A stretch of 64,000 nucleotides of DNA from an uncultured Gammaproteobacteria bacterium (GCA_963699925.1 CAVOVT010000005.1:130612-194611); one strand, 5' to 3'; counted from the first letter of the stretch, positions 9,871 through 22,401 are shown. Numbers and translations: made by a program. The notes: a model not told the origin generated them from the sequence alone.

Positions 9871-12395
9871 ATGAGCGCTTTACCTCAAGATTCTGTTGAC
9901 GATTTTGACCCTTGCGGCACTGGCCGCGGTCGGGGTCGGCGCGATCGGAGTCGGGGCCTATTACTACGTCGCGCCGAGCCTGCCCAAGGCCGAAGACCTG
10001 CGGCACGTGAAGATCGCGGTGCCGTTACAGGTGTTCACCCGCGACGGCCGGCTGATCGCCGAGTACGGCGAGATCAAACGGACGCCGGTGTCCTACGCCG
10101 ATATCCCGCCGCTGCTCGATCAAAGCCGTTCTCGCCGCCGAGGACGAGCACTTCTTCGAGCATCCCGGCGTCGACTATCGCGGCGTGCTGCGCGGCATCG
10201 TCAACGAAATCAGCCCGAACGGCCGTAGCGTGGGCGGCAGCACGATCACCCAGCAGGTCACCCGCACGCTGAACGTGCTCTCGCGGTCCGGCCTGAGCTC
10301 GGGCCTGCAGCGCTTCGTCAATAAGTTCAAGGAGTGGATTCTCGCGTTTCGGATCGAGCGCGAGTTCACGAAGCAGGAGATTCTCGAGCTCTATCTGAAC
10401 ACCTATTTCTTCGGGCAACGTTCCTACGGCGTCGTGACCGCGGCGCGCACCTACTTCGGCAAAGACCTCGACGAGCTGACGGTGTCCGAGACGGCGATCC
10501 TCGCGGGCATTCCGCAGAGGCCCGCGGACCTGAATCCGATCGCGAGCCCCGAACGCGCCGCCGCGCGGCGCGCTTACGTGCTGCGCCGGATGAACGAGAC
10601 CGGCGCGATCACCGATGCTCAATACCAAGCGGCGCTCGCCGAGCCGGTCATCGGCAAGCGCTACGGCACCGAGACCCAGGTCGACGCGCCATACGTCGGC
10701 GAGATGGTGCGCGCCGAAATGGTCCGGCGCTTCGGCGCGGAGGCCTACACCTCGGGCTTCAAAGTCACGACGACGCTCGACAGCCGGCTGCAAAAGGCCG
10801 CGAACCGCGCGATGCACAACACGCTGCTCGCGTACGACGAGCGGCACGGCTATCGAGGTCCGCTCGCGCACGTCGATCTGCCGGCCGGAGCCGGAGACAA
10901 GGGCGCCGCGGCCAACGAGCTGCGCGCGCTGCTCGAGGACCACCCGAACGTCGTCGACTACGAGACCGCGGTCGTGCTCGCGGTCGAGCCGCAAAGCGCG
11001 CGCGTATTCTTCGCGGACCGCGGCGAGCAAACCATCGGCTTCGACGCGATGTCCTGGGCCGCGCCGTTCGTGAACGACGACGCGGTCGGCACGCGCCCGA
11101 CGTCGGTTACCGAGGTCCTGAAGGTCGGCGATATCGTTCGCTTCCGTCAGGATGCGGCCGGCCATTGGCGGCTCGCGCAGATCCCCGAGGTCGAGGGCGC
11201 GTTCGCGTCGGTCGATCCGCTCGACGGCGGTCTCGTCGCGCTGACCGGCGGCTTCGATTTCTTCCTGAGCAACTACAATCGAGCGACTCAGGCGAAGCGC
11301 CAGCCCGGCTCGTCGTTCAAGCCGTTCGTCTATTCGGCCGCGCTGCAAAACGGGTTCACGCCGGCCACGATCGTGAACGACTCGCCGCCGGAGGGCGAAT
11401 ATCAGGCGGAGCTCGAGCGCGTCTGGCGGCCCGAGAACTTCAACAACGAGTACTTCGGGTTCGTGAGCTTGCGCTTCGCGCTCCAGCATTCGTTGAACGC
11501 AGTGTCGATTCGGATCGCGAAAGCGATGGGCGTGCCGACCGTTGCCCGCTACATACGCAAGTTCGGCTTCGACGACACGGCGATCCCGAACAATCTCTCG
11601 ATCGCGCTCGGTGCGGGCGGCGTCGCGCCGCTCGATCTCGTGACGGGATACGCGGCGTTCGCGAACGGCGGCTACCGCGTCGAGCATTATTTCATCCAGA
11701 GAATCGCGAGCGCGGCGGGCGAGGTGGTCTACGAAGCGAGGCCCGCCTTCGTGTGCCCGGATTGCGGGCAGCCGACGCCGGTTGCAGTGGCGGACAGCTG
11801 CTCGAGGCCGCCGGCGCCGTTGCCGAGCGCGCAGCCGGAGACCGCCGCGCCGGGCGCGGGCCTGACGAACCTCAACGCCGTCGCGCCGCAGATCATCACG
11901 CCTCAGAACGCGTTTCTGATGACCGACCTGCTCAAAGACGTAGTGCGTGCGGGCACGGCCGCGAGGGCGCACACGGCGTTCCCCGAGCGGACGGATCTCG
12001 CCGGCAAGACCGGCACGACGAACGAGGGTCACGACACGTGGTTCGTCGGCTTCAACTCGGACGTCGTCGCGGCCGCGTGGGTGGGCTTCGATCAGGACCG
12101 GTCGCTCGGCGGCAAAGAGCAGGGCGGCCTCACGGCAATCCCGATGTGGATCGATTACATGCGCGACGCGCTCGCGAACGAGCCCGAGCACACGCTCCCG
12201 CGGCCGGTCGGAATCGTCGAGTACCGAATCAATCCGACCAGCGGCCTGATCGCGAACGACGCCGCGCGCGACACGGTGTTCGAGAAATTCGACATCGACA
12301 ACGTCCCGGCGCGTGAGCCGGCTCAGGGGTTCGTCGCGCCCGATTCGACGACGCCGACGACGCCCGCGCGCGCGGGCGATCCGCTGTTCGAGTGA
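9871..12395 (+). CDS. mrcA: Penicillin-binding protein 1A (bifunctional transglycosylase/transpeptidase). It has 1-2 frame breaks in the first ~300 nt and is otherwise intact.
   Basis: The TM segment LTILTLAALAAVGVGAIG is followed by ..AAEDEHFFEHPGVDYRG..GGSTITQQVTR.. (GT51). The transpeptidase motifs are ..RQPGSSFKPFVYSAAL.., SLN and KTGTTN. The gene is divergent from pilM, as in Pseudomonas. Confidence 0.9.
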
Positions 12396-12431
12396 CGATC
12401 GCGCGCGGCGCGCGCCCGAGGAGGCGGACCG

Positions 12432-13054
12432 ATGCCCGGCCGAAGATCGCGTAGCCCTGCGCACGCCACCCATGGGATGCGAGAGCGGCTCGCGCACGAG
12501 GCGGCGCGTGTGATGGCCGAGAGCGGCATCGAGGACTTCGGGCTCGCGAAGCGCAAGGCCGCGGAGCGGCTCGGCGTCGCGCGGCGCGGGCGCGTTACCG
12601 ACGAACGCCGAGATTCAGATCTGCCTGGCGGAGCGGCTGCGAATCTTCGAGCCGGACGACACCCAAGGACGGCTCGAGAGTTTGCGGCGCGTCGCCGCCG
12701 ATGTGATGCTCGATCTCGAGCCCTTCGCGCCGCGTCTCGTCGGCGCGGTGCTCGAGGGAACCGTGACGATCGCGTCCGGCGTGGAGCTGCACGTGTTCGC
12801 CGACGCGCCGGAGCTCGTCGCGGCGGAGCTCGAGCGCAACGGCACGCCGGTGCGCGACTGCCAGCGCCGCTACCGACTCGACGCCGCGACGACCGTTCAG
12901 AGGCCGGGCTTTTGCTTCGAGCGCGACGGGGAGGAGATCGAGGTGTTCGTGTTTCCGGAGCGCAGCGCTCATCAAGCGCCGCTGAGCCCCGTCGATCAGA
13001 AACCGATGCGCCGCGCGCGCGCGCGGCGCGGTGCTCGCGCTGCTTCAGCCCTAG
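12432..13054 (+). CDS. Conserved hypothetical protein, frame-broken (~2 breaks).
   Basis: The sequence [43 protein letters not shown] continues in the frame of ORF 12682.. as ..[57 protein letters not shown]... I do not recognise the family. Confidence 0.5.
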
Positions 13055-14349
13055 CGCTTGCTGACCGGGAGGTAGTCGCGCCTGCCGCGCCCGACGTAGA
13101 GCTGGCGCGGCCGCCCGATGCGCGTCTCGGGATCGGACACCATCTCGCGCCAATGCGTCACCCAGCCGACCGTGCGCGCGATCGCGAACATCACGGTGAA
13201 CATCGACTTCGGGATGCCGAGCGCGCGGTAGATGATCCCCGAGTAGAAGTCGACGTTCGGGTACAGGTTCTTCTCGACGAAGTACTCGTCCTTGAGCGCG
13301 ATCTCCTCGAGCTTCAGCGCGAGCTCGAACAGCGGCTGGTCGTTGCGCTGGCCGAGCTTCTCGAGCACGCGATGACACATCTTGCGAATGATCGCGGCGC
13401 GCGGATCGTAGCTCTTGTAGACCCGGTGGCCGAAGCCCATGAGCCGGAACGAGTCGTTCTTGTCCTTCGCCTTGGCGATGTACTTGCCGATCTGCTCGAC
13501 GGTGCCGATCTGCTCGAGCATGTTGATCACGGCTTCGTTCGCGCCGCCGTGCGCAGGGCCCCAGAGCGCCGACATCCCGGCGGCGATCGCCGAATACGGG
13601 TTCGTGCCGGAGCTGCCCGCGAGGCGCACGGTCGACGTGCTGCAGTTTTGCTCGTGGTCCGCGTGCAGGATGAACAGCAGATCGAGCGCTTCGGCCGCGA
13701 CCGGATTGATCGTGTATTCGTCGGACGGCACGGCGAAAAACATGTGCAGCAGGTTGCTGCAATAGTCGAGCCGGTTCTGCGGATAGACGAACGGCTGGCC
13801 GAGCGAGTGCTTGTAAGCCGCCGCGGCGATCGTCGGCAGCTTGGCGATGATCCGGTGCGCGAACGTGTCGCGGTCCGCGGGGTTTCGGATGTCCGTGCTG
13901 TCGTGATAGAAGGCCGACATCGAGGCGACCACGCCGCTCAGCATCGCCATCGGGTGCGCGTTGTGGTGGAAGCCGTTGAAGAAGCGCAGCAACGACTCGT
14001 TGATCATCGTATGCGTGCGGATCGAGCGGTCGAACGCGCTCAGCTGCGGCTGCGACGGCAGCTCGCCGTGCAGCAGGAGGTACGCGACCTCGATGAAGCT
14101 CGAGACTTCGGCCAGCTGCTCGATCGGATAGCCGCGATAGAGCAGCACGCCCTCTTCGCCGTCGATGTACGTGACCGAGCTCTCGCAGCTTGCGGTCGCC
14201 GCGAATCCGGGGTCGAACGTGAACACGCCACGGTCGCCGTAGAGGTGCCCGACCTTGAGCACCTCGGGCCCCAGCGTCCCGGTCAGGACCGGCAATTCGA
14301 TCTTGGTGCCATCCGGGGCAATCAGCGTGTAGCTTTTGCTGTTGGCCAT
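13051..14349 (-). CDS. gltA: Citrate synthase (type II).
   Basis: The ORF is an intact 432 aa: ..[36 protein letters not shown]... Confidence 0.95.
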   Translation of the reverse strand: MANSKSYTLIAPDGTKIELPVLTGTLGPEVLKVGHLYGDRGVFTFDPGFAATASCESSVTYIDGEEGVLLYRGYPIEQLAEVSSFIEVAYLLLHGELPSQPQLSAFDRSIRTHTMINESLLRFFNGFHHNAHPMAMLSGVVASMSAFYHDSTDIRNPADRDTFAHRIIAKLPTIAAAAYKHSLGQPFVYPQNRLDYCSNLLHMFFAVPSDEYTINPVAAEALDLLFILHADHEQNCSTSTVRLAGSSGTNPYSAIAAGMSALWGPAHGGANEAVINMLEQIGTVEQIGKYIAKAKDKNDSFRLMGFGHRVYKSYDPRAAIIRKMCHRVLEKLGQRNDQPLFELALKLEEIALKDEYFVEKNLYPNVDFYSGIIYRALGIPKSMFTVMFAIARTVGWVTHWREMVSDPETRIGRPRQLYVGRGRRDYLPVSKR

Positions 14350-14438
14350 GCAACATCCCTGACAAGCGAGAACGCGAAGCGAGCCGAGCCGCCGGAGTCT
14401 ATAGCAGCCCCGAGCAGCGGTTCAAACGACGAGCGAGG

Positions 14439-14648
14439 TCAGCTCGCGGCCTTGGCGTAGCGCTTGCGGAACTTGTCGACGCGCCCGCCGCTGTCGACGA
14501 TCTTTTGCTTGCCCGTGTAGAACGGATGGCACGAGGAGCAAACCTCGACGTGCAGGTCTTGGCCGAGCGTCGAACGAGTCGTGAACTCGTTGCCGCAGCT
14601 GCAGACGACTTTGATCTCGGCGTAATTCGGATGGATCTCGGCTTTCAT
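14439..14648 (-). CDS. rpmE: 50S ribosomal protein L31 (Zn-ribbon type).
   Basis: The sequence is [49 protein letters not shown]... The track ORF starts 18 codons too early. Confidence 0.95.
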   Translation of the reverse strand: MKAEIHPNYAEIKVVCSCGNEFTTRSTLGQDLHVEVCSSCHPFYTGKQKIVDSGGRVDKFRKRYAKAAS

Positions 14649-14945
14649 GAGCGGTGCTCCGAGCGGGCGCGCAAGAATAAGGCCCGAGACCCCCGAAAAC
14701 AAGGCCGCGCAGCGGCTGCGCCCCGCCGCCGGCTTTATCCACAGAATCTGTGAGTAACTCTGTGCAGATCGCTTGTGCGCGGCGCGCCGAGCGCCGTCCC
14801 GAAACAGTTTTGTCGCGTTTGATCAAAAAACAACCACCGATGCCGACGTGAGTATTTTCAATTACTTAGACGTTTCAATCAGACCTCGGCGGGCAGGAAA
14901 ACGGCGCAAAGCACTTGTTTCTAGAGATACGTCAAGCCGGTGTGC

Positions 14946-14987
14946 ATAAAAGCCGCCCGGCCGACGTTCTGAAAGTCGCCGGCCGGC
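14946..14987 (-). terminator. Probable rho-independent terminator after rdgB.
   Basis: The minus strand forms a GC-rich ~12-bp stem (GCCGGCCGGCGAC..GTCGGCCGGGCGGC, with one bulge and one mismatch) followed immediately by TTTTAT. Confidence 0.5.
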
Positions 14988-15599
14988 TAGTCGCCGCGAA
15001 GAGCGGCTGGCTAGCGCGACGAGCGCCTGCCCACGGTGGCTCACGAGATTCTTGGCGGCCGGGCCGAGCTCCGCCGCGGTCAACCCGGTGGCGGGATCCA
15101 CGAATACGGGGTCGTAGCCGAAGCCTCCCGTCCCGCGCGGCTGCAGCGCGATACGTCCTCGCCACTCGCCGGACGCGATCAGCGGGCGCCGGGTCGTCGG
15201 CCGAGCCGAGCGCGACCAGCACGCAGTAGAAACGGGCGCCACGCCGGCCGTCGGGCACGGAGCGTAGCGCATCGAGCAGCTTCGCGATGTTCGCGCGCTC
15301 GTCGGCCGCCTCGCCCGCATACCGCGCGGAGCGCACGCCGGGCTCGCCGCCGAGCGCGTCGACGCAGAGGCCGGAATCGTCGGCGATCGCGGGCAGGCCC
15401 GCTCGCGCGGGCAGCGTGCCGCGCTTTCGCGAGCGCGTTCTCGACGAACGTCGTGCCCTCTTCGCTGGCCGCGGCCGATGCCGAGCTCGGTTTGCGGGAC
15501 GAGCTCGAGGTCGAGCCCCGCGTCGCGAAAGAGCGAGCGAAGCTCGACGAGCTTGCCGCGGTTGCCGGTGGCGAGAACCCAGCGCCGCCCGGCGCTCAC
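14987..15599 (-). CDS. rdgB: dITP/XTP pyrophosphatase (RdgB/HAM1 family), frame-broken (~2-3 breaks). The 3' end is uncertain (TAG at 15011 or 14987).
   Basis: Recognisable segments are [21 protein letters not shown].., ..[25 protein letters not shown].. and ..[21 protein letters not shown]. The GTG start overlaps the rph stop (GTGA). Confidence 0.85.
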
Positions 15600-16313
15600 T
15601 TCGCGAGGATCTCGGCTTGAGCCGCGATCAGCTGCTCGATTCCGCGTCCCGCGAGCGCGAGCAGCGCGTCGAGCTCCGTGCGCTGCAGCGCGTGACCCTC
15701 GGCCGTGCCCTGAATCTCGACGTAGCCGCCGGCGTCGTTCATCACGACGTTCATGTCGGTCTCGGCCTCGGAGTCTTCTTGGTAGTCGAGATCGAGGATT
15801 GGAACGCCTTGATAGACGCCGACCGAGATCGCCGCGACCTGGCCGTGGATCGGATTGCGCGGGATCTTCCGCGTCTTCACGAGATGGTCCGCCGCGAGCG
15901 CGAGCGCAATGTAGCCGCCGGAAATGGCCGCGGTTCGCGTGCCGCCGTCGGCCTGAAGCACGTCGCAATCGACGGTGATCGTGTTCTCGCCGAGCGCTTC
16001 GCGATCGACCACCGAGCGCAAGCTGCGGCCGATCAGCCGTTGGATCTCGAGCGTTCGGCCGGCCTTGCTTGCCCTTGCTCGCCTCGCGCTGCGTGCGCGT
16101 GTGCGTCGCGCGCGGCAACATTCCGTACTCCGCGGTGACCCAGCCCTGCTGCTTGCCCTTGAGGAACGGCGGCACCTTAGGCTCGATCGACGCGGTGCAG
16201 AGCACGCGCGTGTCGCCGAATTCCGCGAGCACCGAGCCCTCGGCGTGGCGCGTGTAGCGCGGCGTGAAGCGCACCGCACGCAGCTCGTCGGGACGGCGTC
16301 CGCTCGGGCGCAT
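15596..16313 (-). CDS. rph: Ribonuclease PH, one frame break near 16070.
   Basis: The sequence is [56 protein letters not shown].. followed by ..[29 protein letters not shown]... Confidence 0.95.
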
Positions 16314-16380
16314 CGTTGACTCCTTGGGCTTTCGAGGTTGGAACAGCTTAGCAGCTCGACGCGGCGGCGCCGCGCTCGGG

Positions 16381-17107
16381 CTAGTCGCCGAGCCAGCGCA
16401 CGGCGGCGACGCTCGTGTTGTCGCTGTACGGCGAGTTGCGCGCGACCGCGCGCTCGGCGAGTGAACGCACGGAGCGGTCGAGCGATTCCTGGCCGTGCGC
16501 GCTGAGCGCCGCGATGTCGGCGTCATCGACTCCGGACCACACGCCGTCGGTGCAGACGAGCAGCACGTCGCCGGGCGACAGCTTGCTTTCGACCCGTCAC
16601 GCTCATGTCGGGCAGCGGCGCGTCGCCGCCAAGGCAGCATTCGACGAAGTTGCGCATCGGATGCCCGCGCAGCTCGTGCTCGTGGATCAGCCCTTCGCGC
16701 AGCAAGAGCTCGACATGGCTGTGGTCGCGCGTGCGCTCGCGGATCGTGCCCTCGCGCAGCTGGTACACGCGGCTATCGCCGACGTGCGCCCAGTAGGAGC
16801 CCGCGTCTTGCACGAGGCACACCGCGCACGTCGCGCGCGGCTTGTGATCGAGCGCGACGTCCTTGCCGAGCTTCACGACCCGGTCGTGCGCGCGCGCGAG
16901 CGCGAGCGTGAGAAAGCCCTGTGGATCGAAGACCGGGGTCGGCGACTCGGCGAAGCATTCCTTGAGCGTCGCGACGGTGACCTCGGCCGCGCGCGCGCCG
17001 TGCGCGTGGCCGCCCATGCCGTCGACGACGACCATCAACAGCGCGTCGTCGTGCGCAATGACGTCGACTCGATCTTGGTTCTCCGGCCGATTGCCGGCCA
17101 GGCTCAA
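16381..17107 (-). CDS. PP2C-family Ser/Thr protein phosphatase, one frame break near 16590.
   Basis: The sequence is ..[34 protein letters not shown].. followed by ..[21 protein letters not shown]. Confidence 0.8.
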
Positions 17108-17273
17108 CTTTGCAATGCTCGACGCGCACGAATTCCCGACCGGCCTCCGCTATCCCTCGACCCTCGCCCTGACGCCGCGCGTGCGAGCGCGGATTGCCCG
17201 ACGCCGCTGTTGTAAACTCGCTTGCCGCAATGCGGCGCACAGATTGGCTCAAACATTGGGCGGACTCAATCGA

Positions 17274-18146
17274 ATGCCTCACAGCATGACGGGATTTTCG
17301 ACGGCGGAGGAAACGATTCCGCCGTTTCGCGTCGTTTGGGAGATCCGCAGCGTCAACCATCGTTTCCTCGAGCTGTCGTTCAGGATGCCGGACGAGCTGC
17401 GCGCGATCGAGCCGGAATGCAGGAGCCTGATCGGCGCGTCCGTGAGTCGCGGCAAGGTCGACTGCACGCTCAAGGTCGTCGCCGCGGACGCGCAGCGCTC
17501 GAGCGCGGCGCGCTCGTCGGCGACGCGCTCGCCGCAGTCAAGGCGCTCGAAGCCGAAGTGCACGCGGCTTTTCCCGGCGCGGAGCGGCTGTCCGTCGGGG
17601 AGATCCTGCGGTGGCCCGGCGTCGTCAAGGGGCCCGGAGCAGGACGTCGCCGCGCTCGGCGGCCCCGCGTTGCTGCGCTGCCTCGGCGCCGCGCTCGCGG
17701 CGTTCGCGCGCGCTCGACGGCGCGAGGGCGAGCGGATCGCGGAGCTGCTCGAGAAGCGCGCCGTGGGGATCACGGCGTTGCTCGATGCTGCGCGGCCGCT
17801 GCTCGACGGCGCGCAGAACCGTTATCGCGACAAGCTCCGCGAGCGGCTCGAGCGGCTCGACGTGCAGGCCGAGCCCGAGCGGCTCGAGCAGGAGCTTGCG
17901 CTGATCGCCCAGCGCATCGACGTCGCCGAGGAGGTGGACCGGCTCGACGGCCACGTCGCCGAAATCCGCGCGACGCTCGCGCGCAGCGAGCCGATCGGCC
18001 GGCGCCTCGATTTCCTGATCCAAGAGCTGAACCGCGAGGCGAACACGTTCGCGTCGAAGGTTCAGGACGAGGCGCTCACTCGCACGGCCGTCGAGCTCAA
18101 GGTTCTGATCGAGCAGATGCGCGAGCAGGTGCAAAACCTCGAATGA
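17274..18146 (+). CDS. yicC: YicC-family stress-induced protein, ~2 frame breaks (near 17500 and 17635).
   Basis: The sequence is M(PHS)MTGFS..VVWEIRSVNHRFLELSFRMPDELR.. with C-terminus ..RRLDFLIQELNREANTFASK... Confidence 0.85.
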   Translation: MPHSMTGFSTAEETIPPFRVVWEIRSVNHRFLELSFRMPDELRAIEPECRSLIGASVSRGKVDCTLKVVAADAQRSSAARSSATRSPQSRRSKPKCTRLFPARSGCPSGRSCGGPASSRGPEQDVAALGGPALLRCLGAALAAFARARRREGERIAELLEKRAVGITALLDAARPLLDGAQNRYRDKLRERLERLDVQAEPERLEQELALIAQRIDVAEEVDRLDGHVAEIRATLARSEPIGRRLDFLIQELNREANTFASKVQDEALTRTAVELKVLIEQMREQVQNLE

Positions 18147-18227
18147 CGATTGCCACTGCTGTGCGCTGTCCTGCGGCGGCGGTCGTCGACACGCTCGTTC
18201 GCCCGCGATTACATGGGTCAGCGGATC

Positions 18228-18599
18228 TCAACCGTGCGCCGCTAGGAGTACCGCAGCGAGTATCATGCCCACCGCGGTTGCTCCATGAATGCCGAACGCC
18301 GCGTTCTTCCGACCCCCATTTGTCAGGACGACAATGGCGTCGCCGAGCGGGATCAGCGAGAGAACCAGGATCAACCACCAGAGTCCCGGAGCCCCAGCGA
18401 GGATCGCGACGATGACCAGCACACCGGAAACGATGTCGCGGACTCCTTTGACTTGCCACCAGCCACGCGCGTCGCGTTCCAAGAGCCGTGGCAGGCCGAA
18501 TCCGGCCGCGTTCCGCTCCGATCCGGCTGTGTAAGCCAATCCGATCGCAACGATACCGAGCGCGACTATCCACGCTATTGCCAAGCCTGCGATACGCAC
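18228..18599 (-). CDS. Small integral membrane protein (DUF4267-like; the family assignment is from memory).
   Basis: The ORF is an intact 123 aa with four hydrophobic segments and the motif ..KGVRDIVSGV... Confidence 0.5.
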   Translation of the reverse strand: MRIAGLAIAWIVALGIVAIGLAYTAGSERNAAGFGLPRLLERDARGWWQVKGVRDIVSGVLVIVAILAGAPGLWWLILVLSLIPLGDAIVVLTNGGRKNAAFGIHGATAVGMILAAVLLAAHG

Positions 18600-18705
18600 T
18601 TCGTTCCTCCCGTCCTGGGAATGCCTATGTGGATACCTGTCTCACGTTTGACGATCCGAGCATGCAGCGGTTCAGGTTCTCGAGTGCCTCGAAGCGTCCT
18701 CGTGC

Positions 18706-19431
18706 ATGAACGAACGTAAGCGCGCGATAGGCGGCGCCAAGGCGAGAAAGCGCGCCGCGCAGGCGCGGCGCGGCCGACCGAGGTCGACGGCCGCTCACCC
18801 GCCGGCGCGCGGGGGGCTCTGGGTGATCGCCGCGCCATCCGGCGCAGGCAAGACTTCGCTCGTGCGCAAGCTGCTCGAGCGCGACCCGCGGCTCCGCTTT
18901 TCGATCTCGTACACGACGCGCAACCCACGCAAGTCGGAGAAGCACGGCCGCGATTACTTCTTCGTGGACAAGGCCGAGTTCCGAAAGCGCGTGAAGCGCG
19001 GCGCGTTCCTCGAGCACGCGCGGGTATTCGACAACTGGTACGGCACGAGCGGCGAGCACGTCGACGAGCTGCGCGACGCGGGCCATACCGTGCTGCTCGA
19101 GATCGACTGGCAGGGCGCACAACAGGTCCGCAAGCGCGCGCCGGATGCGCAGACGATCTTCATCCTGCCGCCGAACGCCGCGGAGCTCGAACGGCGCTTG
19201 CGCGCCCGGGGCACGGACGCCGAGGCGACGATCCAGCGCCGGCTGCGCGACTCGCTCGGCGACATGACGCACTGGGACGAATTCGAGCATCTGATCGTGA
19301 ACGACGACTTCGAGGCGGCGCTCGCGCGGCTCGCGGCCGTGATCGGCGGCGCGGACCGGAGCCATCGTACGGCGTTACCCGCGGTCCGAGCTGCGGCCGA
19401 GGCGATCCTTCGCAGCGGCGACAAGGCTTGA
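18706..19431 (+). CDS. gmk: Guanylate kinase. It has a basic N-terminal extension, so the true start may lie further in.
   Basis: The sequence is ..LWVIAAPSGAGKTSLVRKLL..SISYTTRNPRKSEKHGRDYFFV.. Confidence 0.9.
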   Translation: MNERKRAIGGAKARKRAAQARRGRPRSTAAHPPARGGLWVIAAPSGAGKTSLVRKLLERDPRLRFSISYTTRNPRKSEKHGRDYFFVDKAEFRKRVKRGAFLEHARVFDNWYGTSGEHVDELRDAGHTVLLEIDWQGAQQVRKRAPDAQTIFILPPNAAELERRLRARGTDAEATIQRRLRDSLGDMTHWDEFEHLIVNDDFEAALARLAAVIGGADRSHRTALPAVRAAAEAILRSGDKA

Positions 19432-19497
19432 GAATTGGTCCGTCGAGGCCGTCTTGCAGTACACTGACAGATCCTGCGCCCAAGGAGGGCAGCCCGG

Positions 19498-19833
19498 ATG
19501 GCCCGAATCACCGTAGAAGATTGCCTCGAGAAGATCCCGAACATGTTCCAGCTCGTGCTCGTCGCGGCGAAGCGCGCGCGCCAGCTCGCGAACGGCGCCC
19601 ATCCTATGGTCGATTGGGAGAACGACAAGCCGACGGTCGTCGCGCTCCGGGAGATCGCCGACGGCTATGTGAACGAAGAGATCCTCACGCAACGCGACCA
19701 GCCCGTCGAAGACCTGCTCGACCTGAGCGCGGTGTCGCCCGCCGATGCCCGGACGACTTGCTGGGATCGAGACCGATCTCGATCGGCGACTGAGCGCCAT
19801 CCGCAAGAGGCGCCGGCCAACGCCGGTCATTAG
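19498..19833 (+). CDS. rpoZ: RNA polymerase omega subunit. The C-terminal ~25 aa may be out of frame.
   Basis: The sequence is [30 protein letters not shown].. with AAGGAGGG upstream. Confidence 0.9.
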   Translation: MARITVEDCLEKIPNMFQLVLVAAKRARQLANGAHPMVDWENDKPTVVALREIADGYVNEEILTQRDQPVEDLLDLSAVSPADARTTCWDRDRSRSATERHPQEAPANAGH

Positions 19834-19842
19834 CTAGCCGCC

Positions 19843-21998
19843 ATGGATTATGGTGCCGCCATCGAACGAACCTTCTCGTCGGTGTGGCGCACCGACGATT
19901 TTGGCCGCCTGGTCGGCCAGCTCGAGACGTACCTGCCGAGCGCGGATTTGCCCGGCATCCAGGCCGCGTACGAGTACAGCGCGAAGGCCCACGAGGGCCA
20001 ACAGCGGCGCAGCGGCGACGCGTACATCACTCATCCCGATAGCCGTCGCGGAGATCCTCGCGGGGCTACACCTCGACTCGGGCTCGATCAAAGCCGCGCT
20101 ACTGCACGACGTGCTCGAGGACACCTCGAGCACGCTCGCGGACATCGAGAGCCGCTTCGGCAAAGACGTTGCGCTGCTCGTGGACGGCGTGAGCAAGATC
20201 GATCACCTGCGCTTCGACAGCGCGGCCGAGGCGCAGGCCGAGAGCTTCCGCAAGATGCTGCTCGCGATGGCGAAAGACTTGCGCGTGATCCTCGTGAAGC
20301 TCGCCGACCGCACGCACAACATGCGCACGATCCAGTCGCTGCCGCTCGAGAAGCAGCGCCGGATCGCGCGTGAGACGCTCGACGTCTACGCGCCGATCGC
20401 GAACCGGCTCGGTGTCTACACGCTGAAGGTCGAGCTCGAGGACCTCGGCTTCAAGACGTTCTACCCGTTCCGCTACCGAGTGCTGCAGCGCTCGCTGCGC
20501 CGCGCGAAGGGCAATCAGCGCCAGCTGCTGCGCAAGATCGAGGGCAAGCTCACGAAGGGCCTCGCCGAGGCGAAGATCCCGGCGCGCGTGCACGCGCGCG
20601 AGAAGCATTTGTACAGCATCTACCTCAAGATGCACCGCAAGCAGGCGCACTTGTCGGACATCGTCGACGTCTACGGCGTGCGGGTCATCGTGCCGGACGT
20701 CGACATCTTGCTACCGCGCGCTCGGCGTGACGCATCAGCTGTTCAAGCCGATGCCGGGCCGCTTCAAGGACTACATTTCCATCCCGCGCGTGAACGGCTA
20801 CCAGTCGCTGCACACGACGCTGTTCGGGCCGAACGGCATCCCGCTCGAGGTCCAGCTCCGCACCGAGGAGATGGACAAGGTCGCCGAGCGCGGCGTCGCG
20901 GCGCATTGGTCGTACAAGGCCATCGACAAGCACACCTACAGCACGGAAGAGCGCGCGCGCGAATGGCTCTCGGGGCTCATGGAGATGGAGCGCGCGGCGA
21001 ACTCGGAGGAGTTCCTCGAGACGGTCAAGGCCGACCTCTTCCCCGACAAGGTCTACGTGTTCACGCCGAAGGGCGACATCATGCGGCTGCCGCGCGGCGC
21101 GACCGCCGTGGACTTCGCCTACGCGGTGCACACCGACATCGGCGACCGCTGCGTCGCGGCCAAGATCGACCGCCGGCTCGTGCCGCTGAAGACGATGCTG
21201 CACAACGGCGAGACCGTCGAGATCGTGACCGCGCGCGGCGCGCGGCCGAATCCGAACTGGGTGAACTTCGTCTCGACCGCGAAGGCGCGCAACGCGATCC
21301 GCGGCTATCTCAAGAACTTGAAGCGCGACGAGGCGCAGGAGCTCGGCCGGCGTCTGTTGAACCAGGAGCTCATGCCGTACTCGCTGAGCCTGCGGAAGCT
21401 GCCGAAGGCGCGGCTCGAGTCGCTGCGCGCCGAGCTCGAGCTCAAGGACGACGAGGCACTCTTCGAGCAGGTGGGTCTGGGCGAACGGCTCGCGCCGGTC
21501 ATCGCGGGCATGCTCGCGCAGCAGACCGAAGAGACGGAATCGCACGCGGCCTCGCGCAAGCCGCTCGAGATCGCGGGCACCGAAGGCATGGTCGTGAACT
21601 ATGCGCGCTGCTGCTACCCGATCCCGGGCGACGAGATCATCGGCTTCATGTCGAGCGGCCGCGGCATCGTGATCCACCGCGACAACTGCCGCAATCTCGC
21701 GGAGTACCGCAAGCAGCCCGCGAAGTGGATTCCGGTGAACTGGACGAAGGGCGTCAAGGGCGAGTTCGACACCGAGATCCAGGTCCGCACGCTCGACCGC
21801 GTCGGCCTGCTGGCCGAGGTCGCGGGGCGGATTTCCGCGACGCACACGAACATCGAGCACGTGCGCGTCGACACCGAAGGCGACGCGTCGGCGCTGTACT
21901 TCGGCTCAAGGTCCGCGACCGCCGCCAGCTCGCGCAGGTCGTTCGCAGCATCCGCTCGATACCGGGCGTCGGTGCGCGTCACGCGCAGCACCGGCTAA
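19843..21998 (+). CDS. spoT: Bifunctional (p)ppGpp synthetase/hydrolase (RSH), frame-broken (~4 breaks near 20035, 20710, 21905 and 21965).
   Basis: The HD domain reads ..[25 protein letters not shown]... The synthetase domain reads ..[26 protein letters not shown]... The TGS domain reads ..[31 protein letters not shown]... The ACT domain reads ..[15 protein letters not shown]... Confidence 0.9.
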
Positions 21999-22020
21999 TC
22001 ACTCGACGAACGAGAACGAG

Positions 22021-22401
22021 ATGGCGAAGCAAGCGATCCAGACGAAGGACGCGCCGGCCGCGATCGGCACGTACAGCCAGGCGATCCGCGCGGGCAACAC
22101 GATCTATCTGTCGGGCCAGATCCCGCTCGACCCGAAGTCGATGCAGCTCGTGACTGGCGACACTCGCGCGGAGATCGCGCGCGTGTTCGACAACCTCGCG
22201 GCGGTCGCCTCGGCGGCGGGCGGCTCGCTCGCGAACGCAGTGCGGATCACCGTCTACCTCACGGACCTCAAGAACTTCTCGCTCGTCAACGAGGTCATGG
22301 CGGAGTACTTCAAGGAGCCGTATCCAGCGCGCGCCGCAATCGGCGTCGCCGCGCTGCCGCGCGGCGCGGCCGTCGAGGTCGACGCCGTGCTCGTCGTCTG
22401 A
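22021..22401 (+). CDS. ridA: RidA/YjgF-family enamine/imine deaminase.
   Basis: The ORF is an intact 126 aa: ..[50 protein letters not shown]. Confidence 0.9.
   Translation: MAKQAIQTKDAPAAIGTYSQAIRAGNTIYLSGQIPLDPKSMQLVTGDTRAEIARVFDNLAAVASAAGGSLANAVRITVYLTDLKNFSLVNEVMAEYFKEPYPARAAIGVAALPRGAAVEVDAVLVV

Noticed and set aside
10074-12497. 807-aa minus-strand ORF
   Set aside because: It lies entirely antisense to ponA/mrcA, which carries the GT51 and SxxK/SxN/KTG motifs. The translation is Arg-rich and low in complexity.
12323-14460. Long ORFs 12323..14365 (-) and 12682..14460 (+)
   Set aside because: Both overlap the intact citrate synthase gene, in a different frame or antisense. Only the first ~370 nt of the plus-strand ORF is real coding sequence, forming part of the 12432..13054 hypothetical gene.
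14862-16640. 592-aa minus-strand ORF
   Set aside because: It is a chimera created by the absence of stop codons. It threads through pieces of the PP2C gene, rph and rdgB in one frame, and only segments of it match each protein. I split it into the three genes.
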